Positions 12,387 through 23,260 of a stretch of DNA of 64,000 nt are shown here, piece by piece. Position 1 is the first letter of the stretch. Each line of letters opens with the position of its first letter. Origin of the DNA: Diplonema japonicum (taxonomy: Eukaryota > Protista > Euglenozoa: Diplonemea); assembly GCA_964019335.1 (NCBI GenBank), contig OZ025716.1, positions 1 to 64,000 of the forward strand, read 5' to 3'. The notes beneath the pieces were generated by a model. It saw nothing but the letters and a program-made list of their open reading frames with translations, was not told the DNA's origin and searched no databases. The position numbers were made by a program, and so were the translations under genes.

Positions 12387-12701
12387 AAAAGAAAAAGAAA
12401 AAGAAAAATCGAGCACGAAAGGTAACCTAGAGGCACCTTCACTGTCCAAATTTCTTTTTTTTTTCTCCCTCCTTTGCGAATTGAAACACTGCAAAAAAAA
12501 AGAAAAAAATAAAAGAAGAAAAAAAGAATCTTTATGCCTGTATGTCTATGTTGTTCGCACAAACAAAAAAAAATTAAAAAGCTGCGAAACTTTTTGCTCG
12601 GCACAAGTTGCATATTGTTATAAAATCCTCTTTTTTTTTTTTTTTTTTTTTTGAAACCCAAACTCCTTTTCCCCTTTATGACAACAAGGCCCCTAGAGAA
12701 G

Positions 12702-12739
<38 letters not shown>

Positions 12740-13526
12740 AACGAAATGGTTTTTTTGAAAAAAAAAAAAAAAAAAAAAAAAAGTGCTGGTACAAACGTCC
12801 GGACGAAGAAAAAAAAAAAAGAAGAAAACCTCAGACTGATAAATTCCTGGACGCTGTTTCACCATTTTTCCAGTCCCACACTTTTACAGCATTTCCGCCG
12901 TGCCTTTATTGCTATTATAAAAAAAAAAAAAAAAAAAAAAAGGAAAGGAAAATATTTTGCCCCCTGTTCTTAATTTAAGAGAAGCCCTACCCCCCAAACC
13001 AAGTGAAGAAGGGGGTCAACTCCATGGGAGGAAAACTATTTGTTGCCAGTCAGCTTTACATGCCGCCACTCGTGATGGCAGTGGTTCTGATGAGGATACT
13101 CAGAATGGAAAGAGGAGAGTCCCCTCTTCTCTTTTTTATTTTCTCTCCCTTCTCCCCCCCCCCTTTTTTTTGTGTGTGTGATGAAAGAGCCCGCAAATAG
13201 CTTATGAACCTGTAAAGGTCTTCTTTCTTTAATGCAGCAAATACTTTTTTTTTGAATTATTACTTCAAATTTAGGTCTGCATTCCGCTTCTTCCGCACCA
13301 TTTTTTTCTACGCTGACCGCCATTAGAAGAAGGGAGAAACAAACAAAAAAGAAATTCTATTTTTTAAAATGAGCCTAACTTCCCCCCTTTTTCTTTTTCT
13401 GTTGGGACATTAAAGGGTGACCATTTTTTTATTTTTTTCTTTCTTTTTTTATATTTTCATATGTTTAGGAATACTGGTATCTGTAAAGTTTAGCTTTTTT
13501 TTTTCCCTTCTTTTTTTTCCTTTTTT

Positions 13527-13562
13527 TGTACTTTATTGGTCGCTCCCCGTGGCTGATAAAGT
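13527..13562 (+). other. Spliced-leader 3' remnant (13527-13538) plus anti-SL hairpin
   Basis: TGTACTTTATTG|GT. ACTTTATTGGTCGC (13530-13543) pairs with GTGGCTGATAAAGT (13549-13562): 14 bp including 4 G-U pairs. Confidence 0.8.
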
Positions 13563-13643
13563 TTCAAAGGAAGTTAACGGGGTCTCTTTACTTCCCCTTT
13601 CAACGATCAGTGTAAGTGTCAACATATAAACACAAATAATATA

Positions 13644-13677
<34 letters not shown>

Positions 13678-13697
13678 ACTTTCTCCCCTTTATAAAA

Positions 13698-15551
13698 ATG
13701 GGTGGAAATTTGAAGGACATGGTAACTGCCATCATCATGAGGGCAAAGGTACTTGCGAAGAAGGGTGTCATGTGGCAAGAGCCGGCCGTCCTCCTGTTGG
13801 AGACGGCCCTGGACATCATGGAGGGAGGAACAGGCACGCAGGGTGGACAGCAGCAGGTTCAAGGACAGGAGCAGGTGCAAGGACAGCAGCAGGTGCGAGG
13901 ACAGGAGCAGGTGCAAGGACAGGAGAAGGTGAAACAGCAACAGCAACAGAAGAAGCAACAGACGAAGCCGCGTCAACAGCAGGCGTCGAAGCAGACAGTG
14001 GCAAAGCCTCTGCTGAAGTGGACGAAGGTGCCAGCAAGGAAGGTAATGGGCGCGGTGAGCCTGGACCCGGCGGACTGGCATTGCCCCGTCCTCACAGAGC
14101 CAAAGGGGGAGGGGGTAATGGTGTGTGAGGACGAGGAAGGCGCGCAGAAGGCGTACGACCTGTGGCTGGATGAGCACAGGGAGCTCGCGAGCAGGGGCGA
14201 ACAGTTGGGCTGCGGGATGGTGTTGATCACCAGGAAGAAGCTGGTGGTGGACGGCGATGCCACGCATCTGGAGGAGAACCTGAAGCTCCCCCTCCCAGTC
14301 CTAATTGGGGAGGAACGCAGGATGAGGTACCTCAGGGTAACGAGGCTCGGGGGGATGGGGGACTTCGCAAGCCTTCGCAAGGGTATCGCCGCTGCGGTCA
14401 AACCGAGTGTGGAGTGTGAACCGAGTGTCCTGGTGTGCACCCTACCTCTAGAGTACCACCCCGCTGATCGAGACAGGTTGGTCGGGAGAGCCGCATTCGG
14501 GTATGTTGTGGCCAGGCTGAGGCAGGCGACAGAGAAGGCGCTGGGAAAGCCCGTGGACCGGAGCTACTTCTTCGGGTTGAGGAGGGCACCCGGGCGGGTG
14601 GAAATGATGGTGAAGGTGCCGGAAGCTGAGGCGGCAGTGCTTGAGGCGGCCTCGGGGAGGGGTGGTATCTTCTTCAGGGCCTTGAAGTTCTTTGGCGGCC
14701 AGGAGAACCACGCGCACCACATCCTCTGGCTCAAGCCGGAGACCCCACTGGTGGAGGCCTTGAAGTGGGCGGACGCGGCGGGCAGGGGTCTGGCGGTGTC
14801 CTCGAGAGGGTTGGGGCTCCGGACCCTGTCCGAGGCGGAGAAGGCAGAGGCCATGGCTGATGAGCGGGGCGCGCAACTCGTTGCGGAACCGAGGCAGCCT
14901 CAGCCGAGGTACCTGGTGGAAGGGGCGAGGGCGGCAGACCACGAAGGGCCACTGTTAGGTGCCTTCCGTGCGGGCGGGTGGCAGTGCGAGGTAGCCTCTA
15001 CATTCGTGAGGGGAAATGCAAGGACGTTTGTCTTGAAAGCTGGAGCACCGCCTCCGTTCAGCGGGATGGACATTGGTGGGAGACCGGTCTTCATCAAGGC
15101 ACTGGGGGCTGGCGAAATGCGGAGGAGGGCCGTATACAAGTGGGCTGGCTCGACCGCGCAGAAGACCTCACCTGGGAGGCTTGCCGGAGCTACAACGGAT
15201 GCGCCACCCACTGCACAGCAGTCAGGTGAGCAAATGCCGCAGGCACCATCCACCGATGAGTCGAATGTTCTATCCGCCGGGCAACCGGAGAAGAAGGAGG
15301 GGGACAGTCAGATGTCTACTCCAAACCCCAAGAAGCGCCTCCTCAACGACGAGGACGAACCCGAGTCCCCGGAGCAGCGGACGATGGCCGAACACGCGAG
15401 GACGTGCAAGCACCGGTTCCCAGAGAAGGGAGCGCGAAAGGGAGCGGTGTGGTGCTGCGGTGTCTGCAAGGAGCAGAAGGAAAAGGACACCTTCGCGAGG
15501 AAGTGTGCGGGGTGCATAACCTGGGCGTGCACTCGGTGTTTCGGCAAATGA
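13698..15551 (+). CDS. LINE family A ORF1 (Gln-rich repeat, conserved core, C-terminal Cys-rich Zn finger)
   Basis: 617 aa. The core ASGRGGIFF..ILWL..GLA..GLGLRT aligns with family B ORF1; it ends in several CxxC motifs. Confidence 0.85.
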   Translation: MGGNLKDMVTAIIMRAKVLAKKGVMWQEPAVLLLETALDIMEGGTGTQGGQQQVQGQEQVQGQQQVRGQEQVQGQEKVKQQQQQKKQQTKPRQQQASKQTVAKPLLKWTKVPARKVMGAVSLDPADWHCPVLTEPKGEGVMVCEDEEGAQKAYDLWLDEHRELASRGEQLGCGMVLITRKKLVVDGDATHLEENLKLPLPVLIGEERRMRYLRVTRLGGMGDFASLRKGIAAAVKPSVECEPSVLVCTLPLEYHPADRDRLVGRAAFGYVVARLRQATEKALGKPVDRSYFFGLRRAPGRVEMMVKVPEAEAAVLEAASGRGGIFFRALKFFGGQENHAHHILWLKPETPLVEALKWADAAGRGLAVSSRGLGLRTLSEAEKAEAMADERGAQLVAEPRQPQPRYLVEGARAADHEGPLLGAFRAGGWQCEVASTFVRGNARTFVLKAGAPPPFSGMDIGGRPVFIKALGAGEMRRRAVYKWAGSTAQKTSPGRLAGATTDAPPTAQQSGEQMPQAPSTDESNVLSAGQPEKKEGDSQMSTPNPKKRLLNDEDEPESPEQRTMAEHARTCKHRFPEKGARKGAVWCCGVCKEQKEKDTFARKCAGCITWACTRCFGK

Positions 15552-18500
15552 AGCGCGAAGCGCACGGGTAAGTCGGAGAGGGAGGAGGACTTTGACTTAC
15601 TCGTGACGCAGGGGGTTCATCCGCACCCCGGTCCCAAGCGCAAGACAGGTCCGAAGCCGGCTGTGATGAGGGGAACGCGTGATGCGGAGAGAGCCGCGGG
15701 TGCGAGACCAAGGACGGGTGCAAAGACGGGTGTTAAGAGGAACAGAAGCCCGCCGCCCACATTACCGAAGAACGAGCCTCTCGTCATCACCTCCCTGAAC
15801 GTCGCGTCCTTCAACAACAGGATGGGGGAATGCAAAGGACTGGATCCCGATGTGTTCTGTGTACAGGAGACGGCACTGACGGCGACGGTACAGCGGGAGA
15901 TTGAACTCTCTCTCGGGCGAGATGCGTGGGGGAGGGCCTACGAAAGACACTGGGGGAAACCACAACCAGGCCGGGTGGGCGGTGGAGTGGTGTCACTTAC
16001 AGTCGCACAAAGGGGCGGGGTCGCGACCTTCGTGAAAAGGCCCCGAGCCTCTCTGAGGTGCAGCGCAGGAGACGAGCTGGAAGCGTACAAGAGCCGCTGC
16101 GTGCACACGAAGGTATCATTGGACGGCAGCAAGCGATGGCTTCATGTGCTGAACGTCTACTGTCCTGCTGGCAATGAGGCAGTGCAAGCCAGGGAACGGG
16201 AGCAACTTCTGCATCACATTCTGGTCAGGAAGCGAATAGAGCTGGGAGACGTGCCGATCGTGGTGATCGGGGACCTTAACTGCGAGGAGGATCGGTCGCC
16301 GACCTTAGAAAAGGCTTTGGCCTCGGACTGGGTTGATGCGGCGGCTGCATGTGCGGCGTTGAGCGGTGCGACACCCGAATCGACTTTGAAGAGGACCAAC
16401 TCCCATTCTCGGATCGATAGGGCGCTTCTGAACCCCCTTGCTGCACAGTTTCTGATACGCTGTTGGGTGCATGATGGCGTGGAAGGCTCAGACCACAGGT
16501 GCTTGTCGCTGGAGTTGGGGACAACGAGAATCCGGCGGGCAGTGCTGCAGTACTCGATCCCGAGGGAGATACCGGAGGTAGCGATGACAGAAGAAGACCC
16601 CGAGCCGTCGCTGGCGGATTCCATCTTTGAGCGGTGCATTCAGGATAGGCAGGTGGACGAGGCCTACAGGGAATGGGCCAGACTCGCAGAAGAGCATTTG
16701 ATGCGGGGTTTCGCAGGGACCACGGCGGGGGCTTACCTTGGCAGGGGTGAGACGAGGTTGCCGAAGCTGAGGGAACTGTGTCCACCTGCTACGGAAGAGA
16801 TTGTCGGTGCGGTGTGCGACCGACAAAGGAAGCTGGTGAAGCTGAAACGGTGCGTAGAGGCTGCCCAGCGACAGATTGAGGACCACCTTCGGAGGGGGCA
16901 CGTAGGACAGCTTCCGCAGGTGACCCACAATACCCTGAAGAACGCCAATGCAAGGTGCGTGAAGCTAGGTATTGACTGCGCCGTACCCATGCACGGCTCC
17001 TTGGAGAGCACAGAGGAAGCTATCGCTGAAGTGCGTGACGTGGCGGGGAGACAGATTGCCGCGCTCTGCACGGAACAGAAGTGTAGCCGGGCTGAGGCCT
17101 ACGAGAGAACGATTGTCTCGAACCTGGACGAGGGTAGGAGGCACCTCACGGCGCTGCTGCGGGGAACGCAATGCGAGAGGTCAGTGGCGGTGGACGCTGG
17201 GGACGGTGTGACGGCGGACCCACAAGAAATGGACGAGGTGTTCAGGGAGGCGTGGAAAGGGATCTTCTGCTCGGAAAGACGAGAACCGCAATTCTCCGAT
17301 TTCAGGAAAAAGTACGAGGAACACATACAGCACCAGGAAATGCCGAGGTCAGAGATTACGGGGAGGCTGCTCCAGGAGGTGCTGAGCCGCAAGCGTCCTA
17401 GGGGCGCGTGTGGGGTCGACGGATGGCGCAACGCAGAGCTGAAGAGGCTGCCCAGGTGGGTATTGGACGGACTGGCAGACCTGTTTAACCTGATCGAGAG
17501 GGAGGGGAGGTGGCCGGAAGCCATGTGTACGGCCCTGGTGTCGCTAATACCGAAGGGGGCAGGCCTCGGCCCCTTGGACCACAGACCGATTACTGTCACC
17601 AGCGCGGTGTATCGACTGTGGGCATGCGCCAGGCTGAGGACGGTTCTCCCGTGGCAAGAACGGTGGATCTGCGAGAGACAGCACAGCTTTCGGAAGGGGC
17701 GGGGCACGGAGACGGCACTACTGGACCTCCTAGCTCAGTATGAAGAGGCGATGTTGGAGGGTAAGGAGCTGGTGGGCGTGGCTCTGGATTTTGCGAAATG
17801 CTTCGACCTGGTACCGCAGCGGCTCACCTTCGAGCTAATGCGGAGCCTTGGGCTCGAGCCGGGAATTGCGTGCGCAATGGAGGGCATGTACTCACAGATC
17901 ACGCGGCGGTTCAAGTACCCCTTTGGGGTGGGCGAAACCTTCAGAGTGACCAATGGGATCCTGCAAGGGTGTCCGCTGTCCGTGATCATGATCAATGCGC
18001 TCATTGCGGTCATGCTTAAGGCGCTGGAAGCCGGTGGAGACCTCGTGACGATAGCCTATGCGGACGACGCCTACATGCTGGCTAAGTTGCGGGAGGCACT
18101 ACAAGCGGCGACGGACGGTGTCATGGAGTTCTGTACGATAACGGGCATGGAGTTGAATATACGGAAGACGGTGGTCATCGGAAAGTGTATCATCCACGTC
18201 GGTAGTGAGGTGGACGGAAGAAGAAGGAAGGTAAGGCTCAACAAGGTCGACAAACATAAGGCTTTGGGAACTATGCTGAACACGACAGCATGCGGCACGA
18301 GCTGGAACGACGCCGCGGTTACTGCAAGACAGAAGGTGGAAAGGCTGGCTTCGACCCAACTCTCTTTTCAGAGGAAGGAGAGCCTCATCAGAACTCATAT
18401 TATGCCGGGACTGCTATACAGCTCGAGCTTCTCTCCGCCGAGTGACTGGAGTCTCAGTCAGCTTAAAGGCTCGATCGTGAAATGCCTGTGGGGCCCCCAC

Positions 18501-19907
18501 TACAGAGGAAGATCTCCAGACGTGGTACTGTCAATCCTGGCGCGAGCGCACCGGGTGGACCCGCTGTGTGCCGTAGTATACAGTGCTTTGATGATGCTGA
18601 GGAGGTGCTGGCTGAGGCAGGACGGGGCAATGGCAGCATGGACGCAGTTGGCACAGGCGTACGAAACTTCTGGGCAGGTGAGGCCGAGGGGGGTCGTGGG
18701 AAATGTGCTCCTGAGGTGGCTTCCGGCGATCGGATGGAAGTGGGAAAGGCTGGCAAGCTGGCACAGAGGAGAGAATCCTGGGCACGACCTCAGGGAGGCT
18801 CTGCGGAGGATGAGGACATCGGGTATTGTGAAGGCGCGAAGCACGATGGCCGGGCTTGGGATGGGCGCGGCCCCTGCAACGAACGCTTACTGGATGAAGT
18901 GCAGCGCACGCAGACCGCTCGAAGCGTGGCGGGTGAGGAGGATAATCGCCGGGGCGGTGCCGTACCTCAGCCCGTATGCGAAACAAGTTTTACTCTCCCC
19001 TCCTGAAGAACCTGATGAGGAAGGAGGTGAGGGGAGCGAGGAAGAAGCCGACCACCTGGATAGGGGGAGGACGGACAAAGCAGCGGGAACGCTCAATTGC
19101 GACGTCTGTGATGCTGCGAAGGGCAGCACAGTTAGGTTGCTGCGACACCAGCTTTGGGAGTGCGAGGTCGCATTGGAGGTGCAGAAGAAGGAGGTATATA
19201 ACGGTCTGGTCAGGAGCGAAAGGTGGCCGATCTGTTTGGAGCTGCACGGGATTCTCCCGAGGAAGGTCGTGTTCCGCGGTTTGGAGAGGCTGCAGAGGTA
19301 TTTGGCAGAGGTGGTGAGGCGCAGGGACGATGCTCTGGCGGTGAAGCGGTTCGCGGTTGAGAAGGAACCGCCGTGGGTGGTGACGACTCAAGGAAGGCGT
19401 TTCGAGGCGCCAAAGGTTGTGGAACTGTACAAGCTCAAGCTGACCCCGCAGCTCAGGGAGTATGGTGATCAGGTGCTGAGATGGCTGGCTGCGCTGCGGT
19501 GGGCGGAGGAGGGAACGTCCGTGTCGGCGATCGAGCTGGCGATTGACTTCGAGTGCTACACGAAGAAGACGCTGGGGGTTAACATCAACACGACGATTGA
19601 CATCGACAAGAAGGCGGTGAGGATCAAGCGGATCCTGGATACGCTGCAAGCGACATGGATGAGGGAGAAGAGGAGGCGCGCTTTTCCGGCGCAGTCATGC
19701 AAGAACGTGAGATCACTACGATCCATTGGCCGCGACCACGTCGTTGGCTTTGATAGGAGGGCCCTGTTTGCATCGGGGCTGACGGCGACCAAGCTGAAAG
19801 GACTGAGAGAAGATTACCGGAAAGAAAGGATTGGAAGATATAAACGACAGCTAGGCACTACGGTGGGTAGCAGGGAACGACCCCAAAAGGGGAGCATCAT
19901 AAGGTAG
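15552..19907 (+). CDS. LINE family A ORF2: 2A-like motif, AP endonuclease, reverse transcriptase, CCHC knuckle (open from the codon after the ORF1 UGA; true start uncertain)
   Basis: APE motifs SLNV, VQET, GDLN, RIDR and SDH. RT motifs HRPITV, LDFAKCFD, GILQGCPLS and YADD. C-terminal CDVC..HQLWEC. Confidence 0.93.
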   Translation, partial: SAKRTGKSEREEDFDLLVTQGVHPHPGPKRKTGPKPAVMRGTRDAERAAGARPRTGAKTGVKRNRSPPPTLPKNEPLVITSLNVASFNNRMGECKGLDPDVFCVQETALTATVQREIELSLGRDAWGRAYERHWGKPQPGRVGGGVVSLTVAQRGGVATFVKRPRASLRCSAGDELEAYKSRCVHTKVSLDGSKRWLHVLNVYCPAGNEAVQAREREQLLHHILVRKRIELGDVPIVVIGDLNCEEDRSPTLEKALASDWVDAAAACAALSGATPESTLKRTNSHSRIDRALLNPLAAQFLIRCWVHDGVEGSDHRCLSLELGTTRIRRAVLQYSIPREIPEVAMTEEDPEPSLADSIFERCIQDRQVDEAYREWARLAEEHLMRGFAGTTAGAYLGRGETRLPKLRELCPPATEEIVGAVCDRQRKLVKLKRCVEAAQRQIEDHLRRGHVGQLPQVTHNTLKNANARCVKLGIDCAVPMHGSLESTEEAIAEVRDVAGRQIAALCTEQKCSRAEAYERTIVSNLDEGRRHLTALLRGTQCERSVAVDAGDGVTADPQEMDEVFREAWKGIFCSERREPQFSDFRKKYEEHIQHQEMPRSEITGRLLQEVLSRKRPRGACGVDGWRNAELKRLPRWVLDGLADLFNLIEREGRWPEAMCTALVSLIPKGAGLGPLDHRPITVTSAVYRLWACARLRTVLPWQERWICERQHSFRKGRGTETALLDLLAQYEEAMLEGKELVGVALDFAKCFDLVPQRLTFELMRSLGLEPGIACAMEGMYSQITRRFKYPFGVGETFRVTNGILQGCPLSVIMINALIAVMLKALEAGGDLVTIAYADDAYMLAKLREALQAATDGVMEFCTITGMELNIRKTVVIGKCIIHVGSEVDGRRRKVRLNKVDKHKALGTMLNTTACGTSWNDAAVTARQKVERLASTQLSFQRKESLIRTHIMPGLLYSSSFSPPSDWSLSQLKGSIVKCLWGPHYRGRSPDVVLSILARAHRVDPLCAVVYSALMMLRRCWLRQDGAMAAWTQLAQAYETSGQVRPRGVVGNVLLRWLPAIGWKWERLASWHRGENPGHDLREALRRMRTSGIVKARSTMAGLGMGAAPATNAYWMKCSARRPLEAWRVRRIIAGAVPYLSPYAKQVLLSPPEEPDEEGGEGSEEEADHLDRGRTDKAAGTLNCDVCDAAKGSTVRLLRHQLWECEVALEVQKKEVYNGLVRSERWPICLELHGILPRKVVFRGLERLQRYLAEVVRRRDDALAVKRFAVEKEPPWVVTTQGRRFEAPKVVELYKLKLTPQLREYGDQVLRWLAALRWAEEGTSVSAIELAIDFECYTKKTLGVNINTTIDIDKKAVRIKRILDTLQATWMREKRRRAFPAQSCKNVRSLRSIGRDHVVGFDRRALFASGLTATKLKGLREDYRKERIGRYKRQLGTTVGSRERPQKGSIIR

Positions 19908-20908
19908 GCACGCCACCGCGGCGGGCCGTTGCTAACCACTTCGTTCCTATCATAGTGAATTTTTTCCCCCTTCTTCTAGCAGCATATGTTCTTTCCTTCC
20001 AAGTGTGAAACAGGCAGCTGGGAAAGCTAGAGAATGGGAGAAAAAAAAAAAAAAAAAGTCGAGAAAAAGGGAGAGGCGCAATTTTCCCGGGGCTCTCTTC
20101 ATAGATAAAATTAAGAGATTTACAGTACTCGTTTTCTTCTTCTTTTTTGGTTGAGACTAAAAACTAGTTTGACAGGCGCAATGTGAGCATTAGGCTTTAA
20201 AAAAAAAAAATATATATATATATATATATCTATTTAAAAACACTTCTGTACCTAGCCCTTAAGAGAAACCACATAAACAAAGCTGCCTCGATTTTTTTGT
20301 TTCTTTCTTTTTCTTTCTGGCGTTATGCCCACTAGTCCCCCTCCCCCCCCTCTTTTCCTCTTCACCCTCCCCTTCCCCTCTATGGGGTTTGTTCTATCTA
20401 TTGCGGTTTACTCTTCTCTTAAGGGTGGTCCTCAAGTGAGATTTGCCTTTAACACCCCCCCCCCCCCCCGTTCTAACTTACCTATCACATTATCACTTCC
20501 TTTTTTCCTTTCAGACACCCCCCCCCACGGAAAAAGAAAACAAAAAACCGGCCATCCTGCTGAAATTTTAGGGGCAATTACTTCATTTTTTTTAAAAATT
20601 CAGATTTGCCTCATTTTACTTCATGAGGGGCGCACTGCCTCTTTCTACTGTGGCGCCATGCAGGGTTTCCTCTCAGGGTGTATTACGAAACCTGATGTAT
20701 CACGGCACCGCAGTCTTCAGATGTGTGCAATGAAATACCTTTTTTTCCATTAACGGGACACAGTGACAAGGCCGTTGGTTGGCCTCACTGTGGACAGCTA
20801 CCTTTCCTTTTTAGTACCCCAACGGGGGGGGGGGGGGAGATATTATTTTCCCGCTTTGTTGTATTTTTTATACCCCGTACCTTATTTTAAAAGAAAATAT
20901 ATATATAT

Positions 20909-21887
20909 GAGCTCGTCCGAAAAAAAATGTCAACACTTTTTTGGGCACCTCCGAAAATTTCTTGTTTTGATTATTTGAGCAAAAAAGGGGCAGCATGCAA
21001 CCATAGGAAGATGACATATATGGTGTACATGACGCCGTTCTTTCAATGCCATGAGGGTGGCAGGCTTTGCAACCGGCTGCCCCCGGGAAGCGAAAAATAG
21101 AAGTCAGAAAAACGACGAAAAATGTTTAAAATGCAGTTTAAAAGCTTGAAATGCAGCGCCTAGGGTGCACAAAAGTGGTGAACACACACCTTTGTGACCC
21201 CTGGGTACAACCCAGGGTCGGGTTACTGTTAAAAGTACTTAGCGAAAAATATATGACGTTCCATAGCCCCCCAAAAACCGAGTTTTTTAGCCCTATTTTT
21301 TGCTTTTTCGAGGGGTTCCTAAGGGAATTGGCCTAAAAGGCCCATTTTCCTGAAAACCCAATTCTTAACACTTGCCTGCTCAACATCGGTATTTTTGGGG
21401 CCAAACATGCATACTCTACCCATCTGCTGAGGTTTGTCATTTTTTTTCTTACTCATGACAAATTAAAAATTGAGAAGTTTGCTTTTAAAGGGCCCTTAAG
21501 GGATTTTAGCCTAAAATGGGCATTGTAGCCTAAAATAGGCCAAAATGGCAGTATTTTCCCCATCCCATTTTAATAGTGATAAAGAGCCCAAACCACCCAA
21601 AAATGACCCCTTAAGTTTCACAGATTTCCCATTTCTTCTCGCTTTTCATTTGAAGAAAACAAAAATTAATATGGAGCCCGGGTCATTTACAATTTCTAAA
21701 AAGCATGTTTTTGCACGTGCGTTTTAGAAATGAAACAAACGGCGTGCATTGTGACCTATATGGTGTTCAAGCTTAGACTGCAATTCTGCGCACAAAGTGG
21801 TGTCGGACTACTTTTGTACTTAGAAATTTTCCGAGGATTTTCCGTTGCAAAGAGGGTCATTTGTTGACATTCTTTTCGGACGAGCTC
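20909..21887. mobile_element. 979-bp non-autonomous TIR DNA transposon (GAG...CTC termini, ATAT flanks; Sola-like)
   Basis: GAGCTCGTCCGAAAAAAAATGTCAACA at 20909 is matched by TGTTGACATTCTTTTCGGACGAGCTC ending at 21887. The element sits in an (AT)n tract and has no transposase ORF. Confidence 0.8.
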
Positions 21888-21908
21888 ATATATATATGTC
21901 TATATATA

Positions 21909-22020
21909 CTGCAAACAATAAATTACCGGAAGTAAAAACTTCCGGTCCGCCGGTACTATTTACTTCCGGTGATTTTATTTTCCCCGGTAAATCTTCCTTC
22001 CGGGATTAATTGTTTTACAG
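21909..22020. mobile_element. 112-bp MITE-like element between TA repeats
   Basis: Imperfect TIRs CTGCAAACAATAAATTACCGGAAG and CTTCCGGGATTAATTGTTTTACAG; TATATA on both sides; internal (T)TCCGG repeats. Confidence 0.6.
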
Positions 22021-23260
22021 TATATATAAGAAGCACTACAAGCTAGCAGCTAGGCACAAGTTGCATGCTAGGTACTGAAAGAAAAAAAAAAAAAAAAGAA
22101 AAAAAAAAAAAGAAAGTTTAAAGATAAATATTTTGCAACAAAATAAAGAAAAAAAAGAAGAAAAAAAAAGGAGGCGAGACTGGGTATTGGTAAAATATTT
22201 ATTGGGTGCCGAAGGCCTTCTGACCCAGGAGGTTAGATTTTACTTTTTTGTTCTTTATAATTTGAATGAAGAAGGTTTTCTGATACCATAATCATTTTTT
22301 TTTTTTTTAAAGAGGTGGATGGGTCTAGTCATACTAACGTAAAGCCGAGTACCTGGGAGGAGCACCTCACCTCTTTGTTAACATAGCTCAAGTTTCTTTC
22401 AAGGTGGAGGTATTGTTTATCTTTTCTTCACCTTTTTTTTTTGTTCTTTTTGAGTCCGAAACTGAGAGGCACCTGAGAGTACGGCCACACAAATACCCTC
22501 CCCCTCCCCCTTCCCTGTCTAAACTAAAAACTAATGAATCTTTTGAAATGCAAACGGCGGTGAAGAGTGGCACGAAGATACCAATCTACAAGAGTCCTGC
22601 CAAAGGCTCAAGGGCCCGGTACGCTTTATCTGGAGTCCTTGTTTCTTGGTTGTTCTTGCGCTGCAGTACTGTGGTGCAACCGTAACTACTTTTCTGCCGT
22701 TTGTTTCACAACATCAACGTTCAATGTAACTCAGCAAGGGGGAAGGGGAAGGGGGGTGATGATCTTACATTTGAATCCATCTCTTTTCTTTTCGTGGACA
22801 TTAGTGAAACAGGGACCAGACACGCCATGTCTGAGACACAGGTTAGAAGCGCTCAATGTGCCCACCCCAAGCCGACTGTGGTGGTCGTGCTGCGCGCCGT
22901 TTGACTTGTGTCACCTTGACGTTAAAAGATCGAGGTTTTGCTTCTTCTTCGCGGCTTTAAAAGAGCGCAAAAGTCTAGAGTCCGATTTCTTATATATTTT
23001 TTTATTTATTTATTTATTTTTATTTTAAGTCTTTATACCATTATATTCGTCTTGTTCAAGAGTGCTGCAACAAGAAATAAAAAGAAAAAAAAGCAGCTTC
23101 CTTCGAAACGTTCCTCAGCCCCTCCCACTCCTCCTCTCTTTTCCTTCTTTTCAGTTCTCTTCACTATTCTCTTTTCTTTGAGCGAAACTGAAGCCCAACT
23201 TGGTGGGGAAGGAAGGAAAAAAAAAAAAAAAAAAAAAAAAAGAAACATAGCCAGGGATAA

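Larger units (their letters stand above)
13527..19965 (+). mobile_element. Full-length APE-type non-LTR retrotransposon, family A
   Basis: The 5' end is the SL remnant TGTACTTTATTG, followed by intact ORF1 and ORF2. The 3' end is inferred from homology to the relic at 34301-34343, which also stops at a T-run. Confidence 0.9.

Noticed and set aside
9800-13500. Numerous Lys/Phe-rich ORFs
   Set aside because: They are translations of A/T homopolymers and microsatellites.
15566-15575. GGTAAGT splice donor near the ORF1/ORF2 junction
   Set aside because: It lies downstream of the UGA, so splicing from it could not remove the stop, and family B has no counterpart.
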